Below are positions 15,937 through 25,119 of a stretch of DNA of 64,000 bases, one piece after another. Position 1 is the stretch's first letter; the number at the start of each line of letters is the position of its first letter. The stretch comes from Candidatus Nanoarchaeia archaeon (GTDB lineage: Archaea > Nanobdellota > Nanobdellia > Woesearchaeales > UBA10216). Location: assembly GCA_028279045.1 (NCBI GenBank), contig JANQSZ010000023.1:248-64247 (forward strand), written 5' to 3'. The notes beneath the pieces were generated by a model. The model was given only the letters and a program-made list of their open reading frames with translations, made no database searches and was not told the origin of the DNA. Made by a program: the position numbers and the translations under genes.

Positions 15937-18604
15937 TTTGTATGTACCAAGGTTCAGCATCTGTTGCAGAGCTAATTGTTTTTCGCATTGCCCCTCCAGG
16001 TCCGCTGCTTCCTTGTAGCCCAATTCTCCAGTAGTTCACTTGTCCTGATTTTTGATTATCTGATCCTCCAAAAGGATCTGTCTCAACTGTAAATACTACA
16101 TTCGCAGTATCACCACGTGTTGTTCGCCAGTGATTCAGCACATCAGTAATGTCAACACAATCATACCCATTGGAAGTCCAAGCGCTTGCAGTTGATTCGA
16201 CAGAGCCGCGGCCATACGCTTCAAGTGTAGCCATGTTGTCATTGGCAACGTCAATAAGAGAATCAATAGCAGTTACCGTTACCACATCTGACGGCGTTCC
16301 TTCAACGCTTTCTCGTGACGCACAGAATACTGCATCCGTAACTACAGCATTGACCGGTATTCCTGAGTATCCTATGCATTCAAAATATGTTCTGTAAGGG
16401 AAATACGTGTATCGTTGATCTGCCATGGCACAAGTAAGTTGTACTGGCGTTGTTCCTGAAATCGTAAAATCAACATAATCAGCGCGGCACCATGAGGAAG
16501 CAGTTCCACACGTTGCTCCAACGACAACAGGATCGTTCTCATCAATATTCACCGTTACCATCTCTGTTCTCCATCCCGTTACACCATTTGGTGTGGTTGT
16601 CCACGTATGTTCCTCAGTTCCATCAACAAGTAACCGGTAGACGTCTCCTGTTCCGTCATCATCTTCATCACAGTAGCGAACCGCAACATCATACGTTCCA
16701 CTGCCTTCAGGGAAATTAGCTAGAGTAGCAGTGGTTTCAGACGAGTGTGTTCCTTCGTGTCGTGCACATTCCCCGCCAGATGGGCTGCCACAAACACAGT
16801 TTGTTGTTGCCGTAAAGCCACCGGCATGCGTCAAATCTTCCATTTCAACAAAGTACGGTGCAGGTGCTGCTCCTGCTGAAACATCAAAGGAAATTAAGTA
16901 GTCAACAGTGTTCGCATTTGAGTCTGTATCTTCGCACCGGACATAGATAGTATACGCTTGTCCATCCGATAGTGGACCGTATGTATCCGAATGTGACGTT
17001 CCACCTGTAGTGCTAAATGTGTTCGCCATTACAGAAAAGTCTTCGCCGCCATCTGTATCCCATTTACATGTTGCTGCTTCATCAGTGTTAACAGAAATTG
17101 GTGTGCTTGTAGTTCCGCTAGCAAGCGTTCCCGACGGTGATCCGCCTGAGATAACTGGAGGTACGCCAGGTGCAACATCAAACGTTATGATAAAGTCTGC
17201 TGTGTTAGCGTTACCACTTGAGTCTTCGCAGCGTGCATAATAGGTGTATGCTTGTCCATCAACAAGGCCATTGAGTGATTCATTGTGTGTTATGCCGTCC
17301 GAAACAGTGAATGTGTTAGCCATCGAAGCATAATCTATTCCCGAGCTCGTGTCAAATTTACACGTAGCTGCTTCGTTGGTTGTAATGGTCAAATTTGTAT
17401 TAGTAGTTCCCGTCGGTAATGTTCCTGTTGGCAATCCATTGCTCAGAACAGGAGGAGTGACATCCGGCCCTATTTCAATTGTGAATGAGAGAACTGCATC
17501 AGTTGGGTTCTGGTTCAAGTTAATAGATTGGTCTTGACATCGCACATAATATATTTCCGTATCCCCGTCAGACAATCCAGATATGGAATCAGTATGTGTA
17601 ATCGAATTCGTTGTAACAAACAAGTTCGGCATGGAATCATATGCAGTTCCCGGTACAACATCATATCGGCAATCTGCAAGTTCATCTGTGCTCACAACTA
17701 AGTCCACGTTTGTAGTTCCCGACGGTAAAAATCCGCTTGGATCCAATTGAACGATCTGTGGTGGTGTTGTATCAGGTGGCCGAACCGTAAATTGAATGAC
17801 AAAATCGAGTGGGTTTTGATTTTGATTCGGAGATTGGTCTTCACATTTAGTGTAGTAGCGGTACGTTGTGTCCTCAACAAGGCCGCTGATTGTTTCACGA
17901 TGCTGTACACCGCCTGTTGTACTAAAATCACTGTCCATATCATCGTAATTTTCTCCAGGGTAAGGATGGAACTTACAATCTGCAGGTTCGTTTGTATCGA
18001 ATCCCATGATTACTTGAACAGTATCGCTTGGCAGTGAAGTATCAACAGGCAACGGATTGATCTGTACAGGAGGTGTCCAGTCTTCTGGGTCTGGTGCATC
18101 TTGTTCTTCTTGTTCAACATTTGCAATCAGTGTTCCTGACGCTGTGTGGGAATTAGCTGCGGAAGAGTCTTCGTGGTGCCACGACACTTCTATGTTGAAT
18201 TTAGCTTGTTCGAATGAAATGTCATTGATGTGCTCACAATCAGCTTCTGCAGATGCCCAATGATCGAGCGTGAACGCTTGCCTGTCACCTGTTCGCATTA
18301 ACACACCGCCAGGATCAATGAACACGCAACGTAATTCAAGCTCATCGCTGATTGCGGTTACATTCGTAACTCGTATCAAATCAGACCGATCATTCTCCAG
18401 TAAAATATACACTTCGTCTGCATTCGAGTCGATTCGTGCGTCCAGACATTCAATGTTCTGCGCAATAATGCATGATTCAGGTAAAACTTTGTCAACATCA
18501 ACTAATCCATAATAGTACACTACAGAGACTGTAGCCATGACTATCAAAATCGCCCAGCCGTAGGTGAGCATAAACTCCATCGCTGCTTGTGCTTTCATGG
18601 ACAT
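15920..18604 (-). CDS. giant pilin-fused surface protein (class III signal peptide + pilin domain + four ~70-aa Cys-containing repeats + C-terminal domain shared with the next gene)
   Basis: 894 aa. N-terminus MSMKAQAAMEFMLTYGWAILIV matches the EppA-type prepilin motif QxAMEF. Residues 30-150 align with the major pilin at 55327-55860 (LPE.C...C.D....ADEVYILLEN). Four internal repeats TxxC(K/R)(F/W/Y)D...MAN.F....G..H......L.DG..Y.YY.RC.D are present. Confidence 0.7.
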   Translation of the reverse strand: MSMKAQAAMEFMLTYGWAILIVMATVSVVYYYGLVDVDKVLPESCIIAQNIECLDARIDSNADEVYILLENDRSDLIRVTNVTAISDELELRCVFIDPGGVLMRTGDRQAFTLDHWASAEADCEHINDISFEQAKFNIEVSWHHEDSSAANSHTASGTLIANVEQEEQDAPDPEDWTPPVQINPLPVDTSLPSDTVQVIMGFDTNEPADCKFHPYPGENYDDMDSDFSTTGGVQHRETISGLVEDTTYRYYTKCEDQSPNQNQNPLDFVIQFTVRPPDTTPPQIVQLDPSGFLPSGTTNVDLVVSTDELADCRYDVVPGTAYDSMPNLFVTTNSITHTDSISGLSDGDTEIYYVRCQDQSINLNQNPTDAVLSFTIEIGPDVTPPVLSNGLPTGTLPTGTTNTNLTITTNEAATCKFDTSSGIDYASMANTFTVSDGITHNESLNGLVDGQAYTYYARCEDSSGNANTADFIITFDVAPGVPPVISGGSPSGTLASGTTSTPISVNTDEAATCKWDTDGGEDFSVMANTFSTTGGTSHSDTYGPLSDGQAYTIYVRCEDTDSNANTVDYLISFDVSAGAAPAPYFVEMEDLTHAGGFTATTNCVCGSPSGGECARHEGTHSSETTATLANFPEGSGTYDVAVRYCDEDDDGTGDVYRLLVDGTEEHTWTTTPNGVTGWRTEMVTVNIDENDPVVVGATCGTASSWCRADYVDFTISGTTPVQLTCAMADQRYTYFPYRTYFECIGYSGIPVNAVVTDAVFCASRESVEGTPSDVVTVTAIDSLIDVANDNMATLEAYGRGSVESTASAWTSNGYDCVDITDVLNHWRTTRGDTANVVFTVETDPFGGSDNQKSGQVNYWRIGLQGSSGPGGAMRKTISSATDAEPWYIQINGLS
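16880..17101. repeat. near-identical intragenic repeat shared by the two giant pilin-fused genes (copy 1)
   Basis: Encodes PISVNTDEAATCKWDTDGGEDFSVMANTFSTTGGTSHSDTYGPLSDGQAYTIYVRCEDTDSNANTVDYLISFDV. The counterpart at 20146-20370 is over 80% identical, and the antisense frames also match (…SPPSVSHLHVAAS…). Confidence 0.6.
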
Positions 18605-21600
18605 GTTGTTTTTGTTATGTATCCTGATGATCTTGTTGCGCCGACGATCGATCCATCAATGCCGTTTCCTGAGTAGTCTACTACTGTGCTGCCTGTTCCG
18701 TCAAGATGATATCCGGCTACAAGATCTGTTGTGTCACATCCAAAATCATTGACACCTGCTGCATGATTTGCTGCAAGTTCTGGTTGTGATAGTGCGCGAT
18801 CGTAAACTCTTACTTCGTCTATAAAGCCAGTGAAGTCGCTATCCAGTCCACCGCCCCATCCAGATCCTGTGTCTGCCCTTCCTATGGCAGCCCATTGAGC
18901 AGCGCCTGTTCCAGGTGTTGTTCCCGGTGCATTGCTGTTCACTTCATTCCCATTAATGTACACGCGCAGTGTCGTGCCATCCCAGGTTCCAGCAACGTGC
19001 TGCCAAATTCCTTGTGTGATCGTTCCGCCTTTGACTGTTCTTGCGCTTGATCGCCAGAAACCTAATTCAAGTTGATTTCCTTCAACATACATTGCGCGGT
19101 CTCCGGTGTTGATTCTTTCTTCGATAATGTTTCCATCGGCTGCGCTCGGGTTGATCCATGCTTCGTATGTAAACGATGCTGGTGTGGCGAGTGAACTAAT
19201 GTCAAGATAATCGCCTGATCCATCAAACTGAAATGCTTTACTTGTTGACGTGCTAATTACGTTCAACGTAACCTGTTGCGGTACACCTGCATTTCCTCCC
19301 GCACCATCTAGGTCGAAAGGTGTTGCTACAATATTGTATGTTCCAACTGCAGGTGTCCATACATGGTAGTTTCCGCTTGCATCGCCAGCGTACGCGTACG
19401 GTGCACTATCTTCGATTCTTGTGAGAACGTGCTGAGTCTCGAATACAACGCTTTCTACACTGCCGGAGGTAACTGCTTGTATATTCAAATTTGGATACAT
19501 TGCTAAGTCCACCGTTTCTGTTGCACTCATCGGATCATAACCAGAAATTGGCAAGTCTGTATCCGCATTAATCAAATACAATTCTGTTACAGCTGTTGTT
19601 TGTGCTTCCGACGCGTCGTTGATTTGAATGTACCAAGGATTATCTACAGTGGTTGAATTAATTGTTTTTCGAACTCGAGGGGATGAAGACGATTGTTCCC
19701 CGATTCTCCACCTGTGCGTACTGCCAGCAACTGCGTTGCTTGATCCTCCGAAAGGAGTTGCTTCGATGGAAAAGTACACGTTGGAGCTATCTCCCTTGGT
19801 AACTCTCCAATGATTCAACACATTCGTAATGTCAACACATTCGTAACCAGGCGTTGACCATCCACTCGTCGATATAACAGGACCTTTTGCTGTTCCTTCT
19901 AGCGTAGCCATGTTATCACTATCAACATTAATCACTTCATCGATAGCTGTAATTGTAATGGTGTCTGTTGGCGATCCTTCTGTTACATTCAATGCTGCAC
20001 AGAATACTGCGTCGTTAACCGTGTTTGATGCTGCTAAGCCAACGTAGCCGCGACATTCAAAATAAGTTCTGTATGGATAGTATGTGTATCGCTGATCTGC
20101 TTCTGTGTTGCAATACAGTCTGTGTGTTGTAAAAGTCGATACATCTACATCAAAACTAATCAACGCATCAGCAGGGTTTGCGTTACCAGAGCCATCTTCA
20201 CATCGTACATAGATAGTGTATGCTTGTCCGTTTTGCAATGGCGGATTGTACGTATCCGAGTGTGACGTTCCTCCAGTCGTACTAAACGTATTCGCCATTG
20301 CAGCGAATGCTTCTCCACCATCGGTATCCCATTTACATGTCGCAGCTTCGTTTGTCGTAACCGATATAGGTGTGCTTGTTGTTCCTGCAGCGAGTGTACC
20401 TGTAGGTAAGAGATCGCCGAGCACTGGTGGTGTGCTATCTGAGAGTTCAATTTCAACAGTGATTGTAAAGTCATCAGGATTAGAATTACCAGCCCCATCT
20501 TCACATCGTACATGATGGTCAATCATATCCCCGTCGTTAAATCCAGAGACAAGTGTGCTATGTGCTGTTCCGCCTGTGGTGTCAAAGTTGTTGGCCATCA
20601 AGACAAAACTAATTCCTGGGACAGGGTCCCATTTGCAAATAGCATTTTCATCAGTAGTCAATGCAATGTTCACATCTGTTGTACCGGGTGGTTGTGGTAC
20701 TGATGGGAGTCCATCGCTTCGTACTGGAGGATCAGTATCTGGAGGCAGTGCAACATCGAACGTAATGAGCTCCCCAGTTGGATTCATATTGTTGCTTGCA
20801 TCTCTGCAACGAACGTAGTAATTGTAAGTAACACCGTCAGAAACAGCAACGTCGAACTCAAACACATTACCTCCCATGTGAATAAATGTGTTTAACATCG
20901 ATGGGTATGGAATATCTGAGTCTTGGTTGAATCGACATGTCGCTAATTCATCCGTACTCACAGAAAGTGTTGCCGTCGTTGTGCCTGCTCCAAGTGTTCC
21001 CATCGGACCAATGACAGTGATAACTGGCGGATCCGGGTCAGGCGGAGGTGCAACGCCAACTGGTCGCACGTTGGCGAGCATTGTTCCTGTCGCAACATGC
21101 ACAAAGTCATCAGGCACCGAAGCACCCAGTGATGTTTCTGATCTCCAGTCTACTTTCAAATCAAACAGAACACGTTGTTCTCCGTAGTTTGCAAGCGATC
21201 CGCAATTGTCAAGGTGAAACAATTCTGTTTCTCCGTTTTCAACAAGCGTAGAGGTTGGTGTAAGAATATTACAAACCAATTCTCCATCTCTGGTTGTCGC
21301 GGTAATCTGATCGATGAGTACATTATGTCCTTTCAAATTGGTAATATCTAGAAAAACATCATTGCTTGCTTCATCAACAACAAAGTCCTTGCAATAGAGG
21401 TTTCCTCCAAGATCACATTCTTCTGGGAGTGCCTCTGAAGCGTCAATATCAGCGAAATATGCAATTCCCGCTATCACACCAACCGCGATCAAGATAGCCC
21501 ACCCATAGGTGATCAAGAATTCCATAGCATACTGTGCTCTAGCGATACTCTTCAACCTCTTTTTGCGCTTGCGCTTACTCCTTTTCTGGTATGTTTCATT

Positions 21601-21621
21601 TAAAAAGCTTTGCCGTCGCAA
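18595..21621 (-). CDS. giant pilin-fused surface protein paralog with C-terminal LamG/concanavalin-like domain
   Basis: 1008 aa. The ORF begins with TTG at 21619-21621. The QxAMEF prepilin motif (ARAQYAMEFLITYGWAILIAVGVIAG) sits about 30 aa in, so the true start is uncertain. It has a pilin-like domain, three Cys-containing ~70-aa repeats, a middle region homologous to the C-terminus of the 894-aa protein, and a C-terminal LamG-like segment (FDGSGDYLDIS...AWINPS...IDEVRVYDRALS). Overlaps the upstream paralog by 10 nt. Confidence 0.7.
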   Translation of the reverse strand: MRRQSFLNETYQKRSKRKRKKRLKSIARAQYAMEFLITYGWAILIAVGVIAGIAYFADIDASEALPEECDLGGNLYCKDFVVDEASNDVFLDITNLKGHNVLIDQITATTRDGELVCNILTPTSTLVENGETELFHLDNCGSLANYGEQRVLFDLKVDWRSETSLGASVPDDFVHVATGTMLANVRPVGVAPPPDPDPPVITVIGPMGTLGAGTTTATLSVSTDELATCRFNQDSDIPYPSMLNTFIHMGGNVFEFDVAVSDGVTYNYYVRCRDASNNMNPTGELITFDVALPPDTDPPVRSDGLPSVPQPPGTTDVNIALTTDENAICKWDPVPGISFVLMANNFDTTGGTAHSTLVSGFNDGDMIDHHVRCEDGAGNSNPDDFTITVEIELSDSTPPVLGDLLPTGTLAAGTTSTPISVTTNEAATCKWDTDGGEAFAAMANTFSTTGGTSHSDTYNPPLQNGQAYTIYVRCEDGSGNANPADALISFDVDVSTFTTHRLYCNTEADQRYTYYPYRTYFECRGYVGLAASNTVNDAVFCAALNVTEGSPTDTITITAIDEVINVDSDNMATLEGTAKGPVISTSGWSTPGYECVDITNVLNHWRVTKGDSSNVYFSIEATPFGGSSNAVAGSTHRWRIGEQSSSSPRVRKTINSTTVDNPWYIQINDASEAQTTAVTELYLINADTDLPISGYDPMSATETVDLAMYPNLNIQAVTSGSVESVVFETQHVLTRIEDSAPYAYAGDASGNYHVWTPAVGTYNIVATPFDLDGAGGNAGVPQQVTLNVISTSTSKAFQFDGSGDYLDISSLATPASFTYEAWINPSAADGNIIEERINTGDRAMYVEGNQLELGFWRSSARTVKGGTITQGIWQHVAGTWDGTTLRVYINGNEVNSNAPGTTPGTGAAQWAAIGRADTGSGWGGGLDSDFTGFIDEVRVYDRALSQPELAANHAAGVNDFGCDTTDLVAGYHLDGTGSTVVDYSGNGIDGSIVGATRSSGYITKTTCP
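20146..20370. repeat. near-identical intragenic repeat shared by the two giant pilin-fused genes (copy 2)
   Basis: Encodes PISVTTNEAATCKWDTDGGEAFAAMANTFSTTGGTSHSDTYNPPLQNGQAYTIYVRCEDGSGNANPADALISFDV, matching 16880-17101. Confidence 0.6.
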
Positions 21622-21655
21622 CGCTTAAAAACACGTTACTTACTCTAAACAGCAT

Positions 21656-21738
21656 GCCGGGAGTGGACGATCCGGTACGTCCAGTCGCCTCGAAAGCGAC
21701 CTCCGCAAGGTATCTGGGTTCAAATCCCAGTCCCGGCG
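21656..21738 (+). tRNA. tRNA-Ser (anticodon CGA)
   Basis: Acceptor and T-arm are identical to tRNA-Ser(GGA) at 7516 (GCCGGGA...CUGGG-UUCAAAU-CCCAG-UCCCGGC-G). Anticodon stem GUCGC/GCGAC with loop CUCGAAA, long variable arm. Confidence 0.8.
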
Positions 21739-21794
21739 TCAGGGGACTGGGGCTACGAAACACAGTTGAGTCTGTCCCAGTCCCGGCGTTACAC
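21739..21794 (+). repeat. conserved tRNA-Ser 3'-trailer module (copy 2)
   Basis: TCAGGGGACTGGGGCTACGAAACACAGTTGAGTCTGTCCCAGTCCCGGCGTT. GGGACTGGG (21743-21751) pairs perfectly with CCCAGTCCC (21776-21784), and the 14-nt tRNA 3' end is duplicated. An ATG follows 5 nt later. Confidence 0.6.
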
Positions 21795-22040
21795 ATGACA
21801 CAAAAAATCGAAACAGGTGTTGTCCATAAGCTACCTGCAGATTTGAAGAAAGCAGTAGCGGTCAAAGGCACGCTAGAACTCTGGAACGATATCACGCCCC
21901 TAGCTAGAAATGAATTCATCTGCTGGGTTGAAGATGCAAAGAAACCAGAGACCCGAGCTAAAAGAATCAAAAGAACCTGCGAAGAACTACACGAAGGAAT
22001 GCGCCGCCCTTGCTGTTGGCCTGGGTGCAAGCATCGTTAG
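21795..22040 (+). CDS. YdeI/OmpD-associated family protein (DUF1801-like)
   Basis: Start taken at the ATG after the trailer module (MTQKIETGVVHKLPADLKKAV...LARNEFICWVEDAKKPETRAKRIKRT). The upstream ORF-track start would run through the tRNA. Confidence 0.55.
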   Translation: MTQKIETGVVHKLPADLKKAVAVKGTLELWNDITPLARNEFICWVEDAKKPETRAKRIKRTCEELHEGMRRPCCWPGCKHR

Positions 22041-22200
22041 CTTTCTACCGAACAAAGAAAAGATAGTAACAACCAACAATAATCCCGAGCGCAAGCAGCA
22101 CTCGAATTGGTTTAGGGATGAAGGTAAGGTATGAAAACGCACTTCGTTCCCGAACGTTGAAATAGAATCTCATACAAGAGTAATTGTACTGCCCCTTAAT

Positions 22201-22219
22201 AAAATAATTGAAAAAAAAA
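22201..22219 (-). terminator. oligo-T tract (T9 on the minus strand) immediately after the stop of the DoxX-like gene
   Basis: Plus-strand GAAAAAAAAAT at 22210-22220 abuts the stop codon at 22220-22222. Confidence 0.45.
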
Positions 22220-22657
22220 TTAACGTTTCAGTGTAAACAACACAAAACTCATTGCTAACACCAAGTGCACGAGCATCTGTACTGGGTTACCAAAATGCAT
22301 CGTGAACGTCGCTACCAACAAAATTCCTGCCGGCACAAAACCAATTGGTTTCACTTTGTAATTCAGCAACAACGCCAGTCCTGTTCCGATCTCTGCTGCA
22401 ATCAATCCCCATGCAAGCAGTCCTGGCATAACAAATCCAAGGTTTGTCAGCATGCCAGTTACCATTCCATGGTTCATTGCAAACGGCTCTCCCAAAAACC
22501 CAAGTGCACCGAGTTTCATCAAGCCAGGAATAAGCATAACCATCGCAAGACCAACACGTTCAACCAAATCAATGTTCAGTTTTATAGAAACCGTCTCTGA
22601 AGTATTTACGTATTCTTCATCCATGTGTATTCCCCCATAATTGAATATGCATAGCAA
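22220..22657 (-). CDS. DoxX-family membrane protein
   Basis: 145 aa, four hydrophobic helices, DoxX-like. The true start may be the internal Met (MDEEY...) at 22624. Confidence 0.6.
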   Translation of the reverse strand: MLCIFNYGGIHMDEEYVNTSETVSIKLNIDLVERVGLAMVMLIPGLMKLGALGFLGEPFAMNHGMVTGMLTNLGFVMPGLLAWGLIAAEIGTGLALLLNYKVKPIGFVPAGILLVATFTMHFGNPVQMLVHLVLAMSFVLFTLKR

Positions 22658-22709
22658 GCTAACACCAGCTTTAAAAAGTACTCTCTAGGGGTTAAAGAAG
22701 AAATTAAAG

Positions 22710-22828
22710 TGCCGCTGCGGGGATCTGAACCCCGGACCTCGTGATGTCCCAGTTAGCTAGTCATCGGCAAAAGCCTCAGCACTCATTATTATGAGTCACG
22801 CGCTCTAACCAGGCTGAGCTACAGCGGC
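22710..22828 (-). tRNA. tRNA-Met (elongator) or tRNA-Ile2, anticodon CAU, with a ~44-nt intron at the canonical 37/38 position
   Basis: Reverse complement has acceptor GCCGCUG/CAGCGGC, D-stem GCUC/GAGC, anticodon stem CGUGA...UCACG and loop CUCAUAA. The loop is interrupted by TAATGAGTGCTGAGGCTTTTGCCGATGACTAGCTAACTGGGACA. T-arm CGGGG-UUCAGAU-CCCCG. Not an initiator (G1-C72, AU-containing anticodon stem). Confidence 0.7.
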
Positions 22829-22863
22829 ATTACACTAGAGTGCTTCTAGGGCGTTTATAAAGC

Positions 22864-23027
22864 TAGCGCTTCCACGTAACAAAGAGAAAGTATGCCATGT
22901 ACACTAGAACGAATGCTCCCCAGAGCCGAGATCCTTCAAGTTTCACCATAAATTGTAGCGCAAACAACAGCAATGCAGCAACCACAATGCTCATCGCCAT
23001 GACGTCTTTGCTCAACACGAATGTCAT
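22864..23027 (-). CDS. possible small membrane protein (54 aa)
   Basis: Unlisted short ORF MTFVLSKDVMAMSIVVAALLLFALQFMVKLEGSRLWGAFVLVYMAYFLFVTWKR directly downstream of the HIT gene. Hydrophobic; support is weak. Confidence 0.25.
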
Positions 23028-23431
23028 AGATGTTTCTTGATGGATTCAACGATTTTATCCATCTCCCCTTCTTCGTATTCTTTTTGCGGCCAGTGTTGCA
23101 GACCATCTCCCTTAAAGCGAGGGATGATGTGAAAGTGCGCATGATGCACTGTCTGTCCAGCTGCTGATCCAACATTTGTTGTGATGTTGACGCCTTGTGC
23201 TCCCATTGATTCCATGATTGCAGGACTCAACACCTTAATCACGTGCGCGTAGTCTTTCGCCAAGTCATCCGGCATATCTAGAAAAGTAGCGTGATGATCT
23301 TTCGGAATTACAAGCGTATGTCCTTGATGCACCGGCCCAATATCGAGCATCGCTACAAAGAAATCATCTTCGTAGATGAGCGCTGCCGGTACTTCTTTTG
23401 CTATGATTTTACAAAAAATACATCCTTCCAT
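23024..23431 (-). CDS. HIT-family nucleotide hydrolase (histidine triad protein)
   Basis: 135 aa with Zn-finger-like CIFCKI at the N-terminus and the histidine triad VHHAHFHIIPR. Confidence 0.85.
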   Translation of the reverse strand: MEGCIFCKIIAKEVPAALIYEDDFFVAMLDIGPVHQGHTLVIPKDHHATFLDMPDDLAKDYAHVIKVLSPAIMESMGAQGVNITTNVGSAAGQTVHHAHFHIIPRFKGDGLQHWPQKEYEEGEMDKIVESIKKHL

Positions 23432-23464
23432 ACACTAGTGAGAAGAATCCACCTTATTAAACTT

Positions 23465-24388
23465 TTAGATCCAGGAGCGGAGTTTCCAGATTTGCTTCAA
23501 CTGGTTACTCACACGGTGATGCGCCACAGAAATCAATACACCGATCACAATCATGAATCCGCCAACTACATCTTTCTCTGTCGGTAGTTCTCGAAAGATG
23601 AAAAACACGTACAAGATAACAATAAATGGATCAATAGTTCGAATGACAGCGGTTTTCGACACGTCAAGATGTTCATATGCTTTGAAGAACAAATAGAATG
23701 ACACGATAGCCGTCAATATTCCAGTAAAAAAGATAAGCGGAAGTAAATGCAGCGGCAACCAAATAAATTCAACAGAGTCGAACAGCGTCGTGACAAGTCC
23801 AACTCCTAAAGAGATGGAAAGCAGTGAGAAGATCACACGCATCTGAACTAAAACAAGTGGATGTGTATCCTTCACAAACATTTTCGATGCAAAATGATGT
23901 AATGCAGCAGCCAATGCTCCCATTACCGGAAGTAAAATCCACAGCCCAGATCCGTTTCCATTGGTATAACTCAGTACAACAGTTCCCGCAACCGCAAGGC
24001 CAGCTCCTAATATTTCCACTTTACTTAATCGTTCCTTCAAGAAAAGAACTCCCAGCAAGATAATGAACAACGTCCCCAGTCGCCAGATAAACGCAAGCAA
24101 GTTTGGGCCAATCAAGAACATTCCAGAGCTCCAACCAAGTGCAGCAAGCGCATTTGTTACTCCTAAAATCAATCCGTGCTTCCAATGTTTCTTCAGCACG
24201 CTATGAAAGTCCAAATCTTTTCGAACAAATACCAATATTGTTGCAGCGATTGCTCCGCCGATAAACCACTGCAGCATCATACTCCACGGGTTGGTATGTT
24301 CCAAAAATATTTTACCGAAAATAAACCCAGTGCTAATTATTAAAGAGCCTGCAATGACGTACAATATTCCAATGTGTTCTTTTTTCAT
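23465..24388 (-). CDS. EamA/DMT-family transporter
   Basis: Ten hydrophobic helices in two EamA-like halves. Start set at MKKEHIGIL (24388) because the longer ORF would overlap tRNA-Ala. Confidence 0.65.
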   Translation of the reverse strand: MKKEHIGILYVIAGSLIISTGFIFGKIFLEHTNPWSMMLQWFIGGAIAATILVFVRKDLDFHSVLKKHWKHGLILGVTNALAALGWSSGMFLIGPNLLAFIWRLGTLFIILLGVLFLKERLSKVEILGAGLAVAGTVVLSYTNGNGSGLWILLPVMGALAAALHHFASKMFVKDTHPLVLVQMRVIFSLLSISLGVGLVTTLFDSVEFIWLPLHLLPLIFFTGILTAIVSFYLFFKAYEHLDVSKTAVIRTIDPFIVILYVFFIFRELPTEKDVVGGFMIVIGVLISVAHHRVSNQLKQIWKLRSWI

Positions 24389-24393
24389 GAGAA

Positions 24394-24467
24394 TGGACCG
24401 AGCGGGATTCGAACCCGCAGTCTCCCCCAAGCCAAGGGGGCACGATACCGGATTTCGCCATCGGCCC
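24394..24467 (-). tRNA. tRNA-Ala (anticodon GGC)
   Basis: Reverse complement has acceptor GGGCCGA/UCGGUCC with the diagnostic G3:U70 wobble, anticodon stem CCCCC/GGGGG with loop UUGGCUU, T-arm GCGGG-UUCGAAU-CCCGC, discriminator A. Confidence 0.85.
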
Positions 24468-24491
24468 GCTAATTAAGAAATGTTAAGAAGT

Positions 24492-24504
24492 TGTTTATAA
24501 AGCT
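24492..24504 (-). promoter_or_regulatory. TATA box (GCTTTATAAACAA on the minus strand) 27-36 nt upstream of tRNA-Ala
   Basis: Same cTTTATAAA motif at the correct spacing. Confidence 0.45.
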
Positions 24505-24536
24505 ATGCTGTGCAAGCGTGTGCGGTTGCTCTTTGC

Positions 24537-25112
24537 TCACCAGCGATTCAGTTCGCGTGCTGCTTGAAGGCCGTTGTCCGCGAGTCGTCTGATCTCATCC
24601 GAAGTAACTTTTTCAAGCCGACCTTCAGTTCTTCGTAGAAAATAATCTCCTTCTAATCTACCCTCGTCTGTTGTGAGGTCATTAGGAAGTGTAACAACAG
24701 GGTCATCAGGTCTAACAGCGTTAGGATAACGGCTTATGGAAGCCACCACATAGTTGATGCCACCATGATATCCAGGTTTGAATCCACCAGAAACTTCTCT
24801 TCCCTGAAAAGAGTAAGCAACAGTGCGTGTAGTCTTGGGCATGAGATCAACAGCCTCTGGCGGAACATACTTCTTTAAGTCTCGTGGTGATTCACCAATC
24901 TCCAGTCCTGTTTTTGCAGTCCAGCGATCCATTTCATCTTGCGTAAAAACACGGCGAGAGCTTGATCTGGAGCCTCTGTAATTTTTCCGTCGATCTCTTT
25001 CAGCTTGTTCTGCCCAATATTTCTCTCGCTCTTTCGGCGTCATCCTTGCTTCCGGCGTTCCACGCCAAAGTCCGCCTTTAATTTTTCTTTTTTTACCCAT
25101 GTGCAACACCAA
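24537..25112 (-). CDS. hypothetical basic protein
   Basis: 191 aa with a Lys/Arg-rich N-terminus and a GGFKPGYHGGINYV segment. No family recognised. Confidence 0.45.
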   Translation of the reverse strand: MVLHMGKKRKIKGGLWRGTPEARMTPKEREKYWAEQAERDRRKNYRGSRSSSRRVFTQDEMDRWTAKTGLEIGESPRDLKKYVPPEAVDLMPKTTRTVAYSFQGREVSGGFKPGYHGGINYVVASISRYPNAVRPDDPVVTLPNDLTTDEGRLEGDYFLRRTEGRLEKVTSDEIRRLADNGLQAARELNRW

Positions 25113-25119
25113 TTAGCAT

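Noticed and set aside
16149-21251. Numerous 60-120 aa ORFs on the plus strand within the two giant pilin-fused genes
   Set aside because: These are antisense artefacts. Their similarity to each other only reflects the sense-strand repeat.
22936-23175. 79-aa minus-strand ORF
   Set aside because: It overlaps the HIT gene in another frame. The HIT frame has the conserved HxHxHxx triad.
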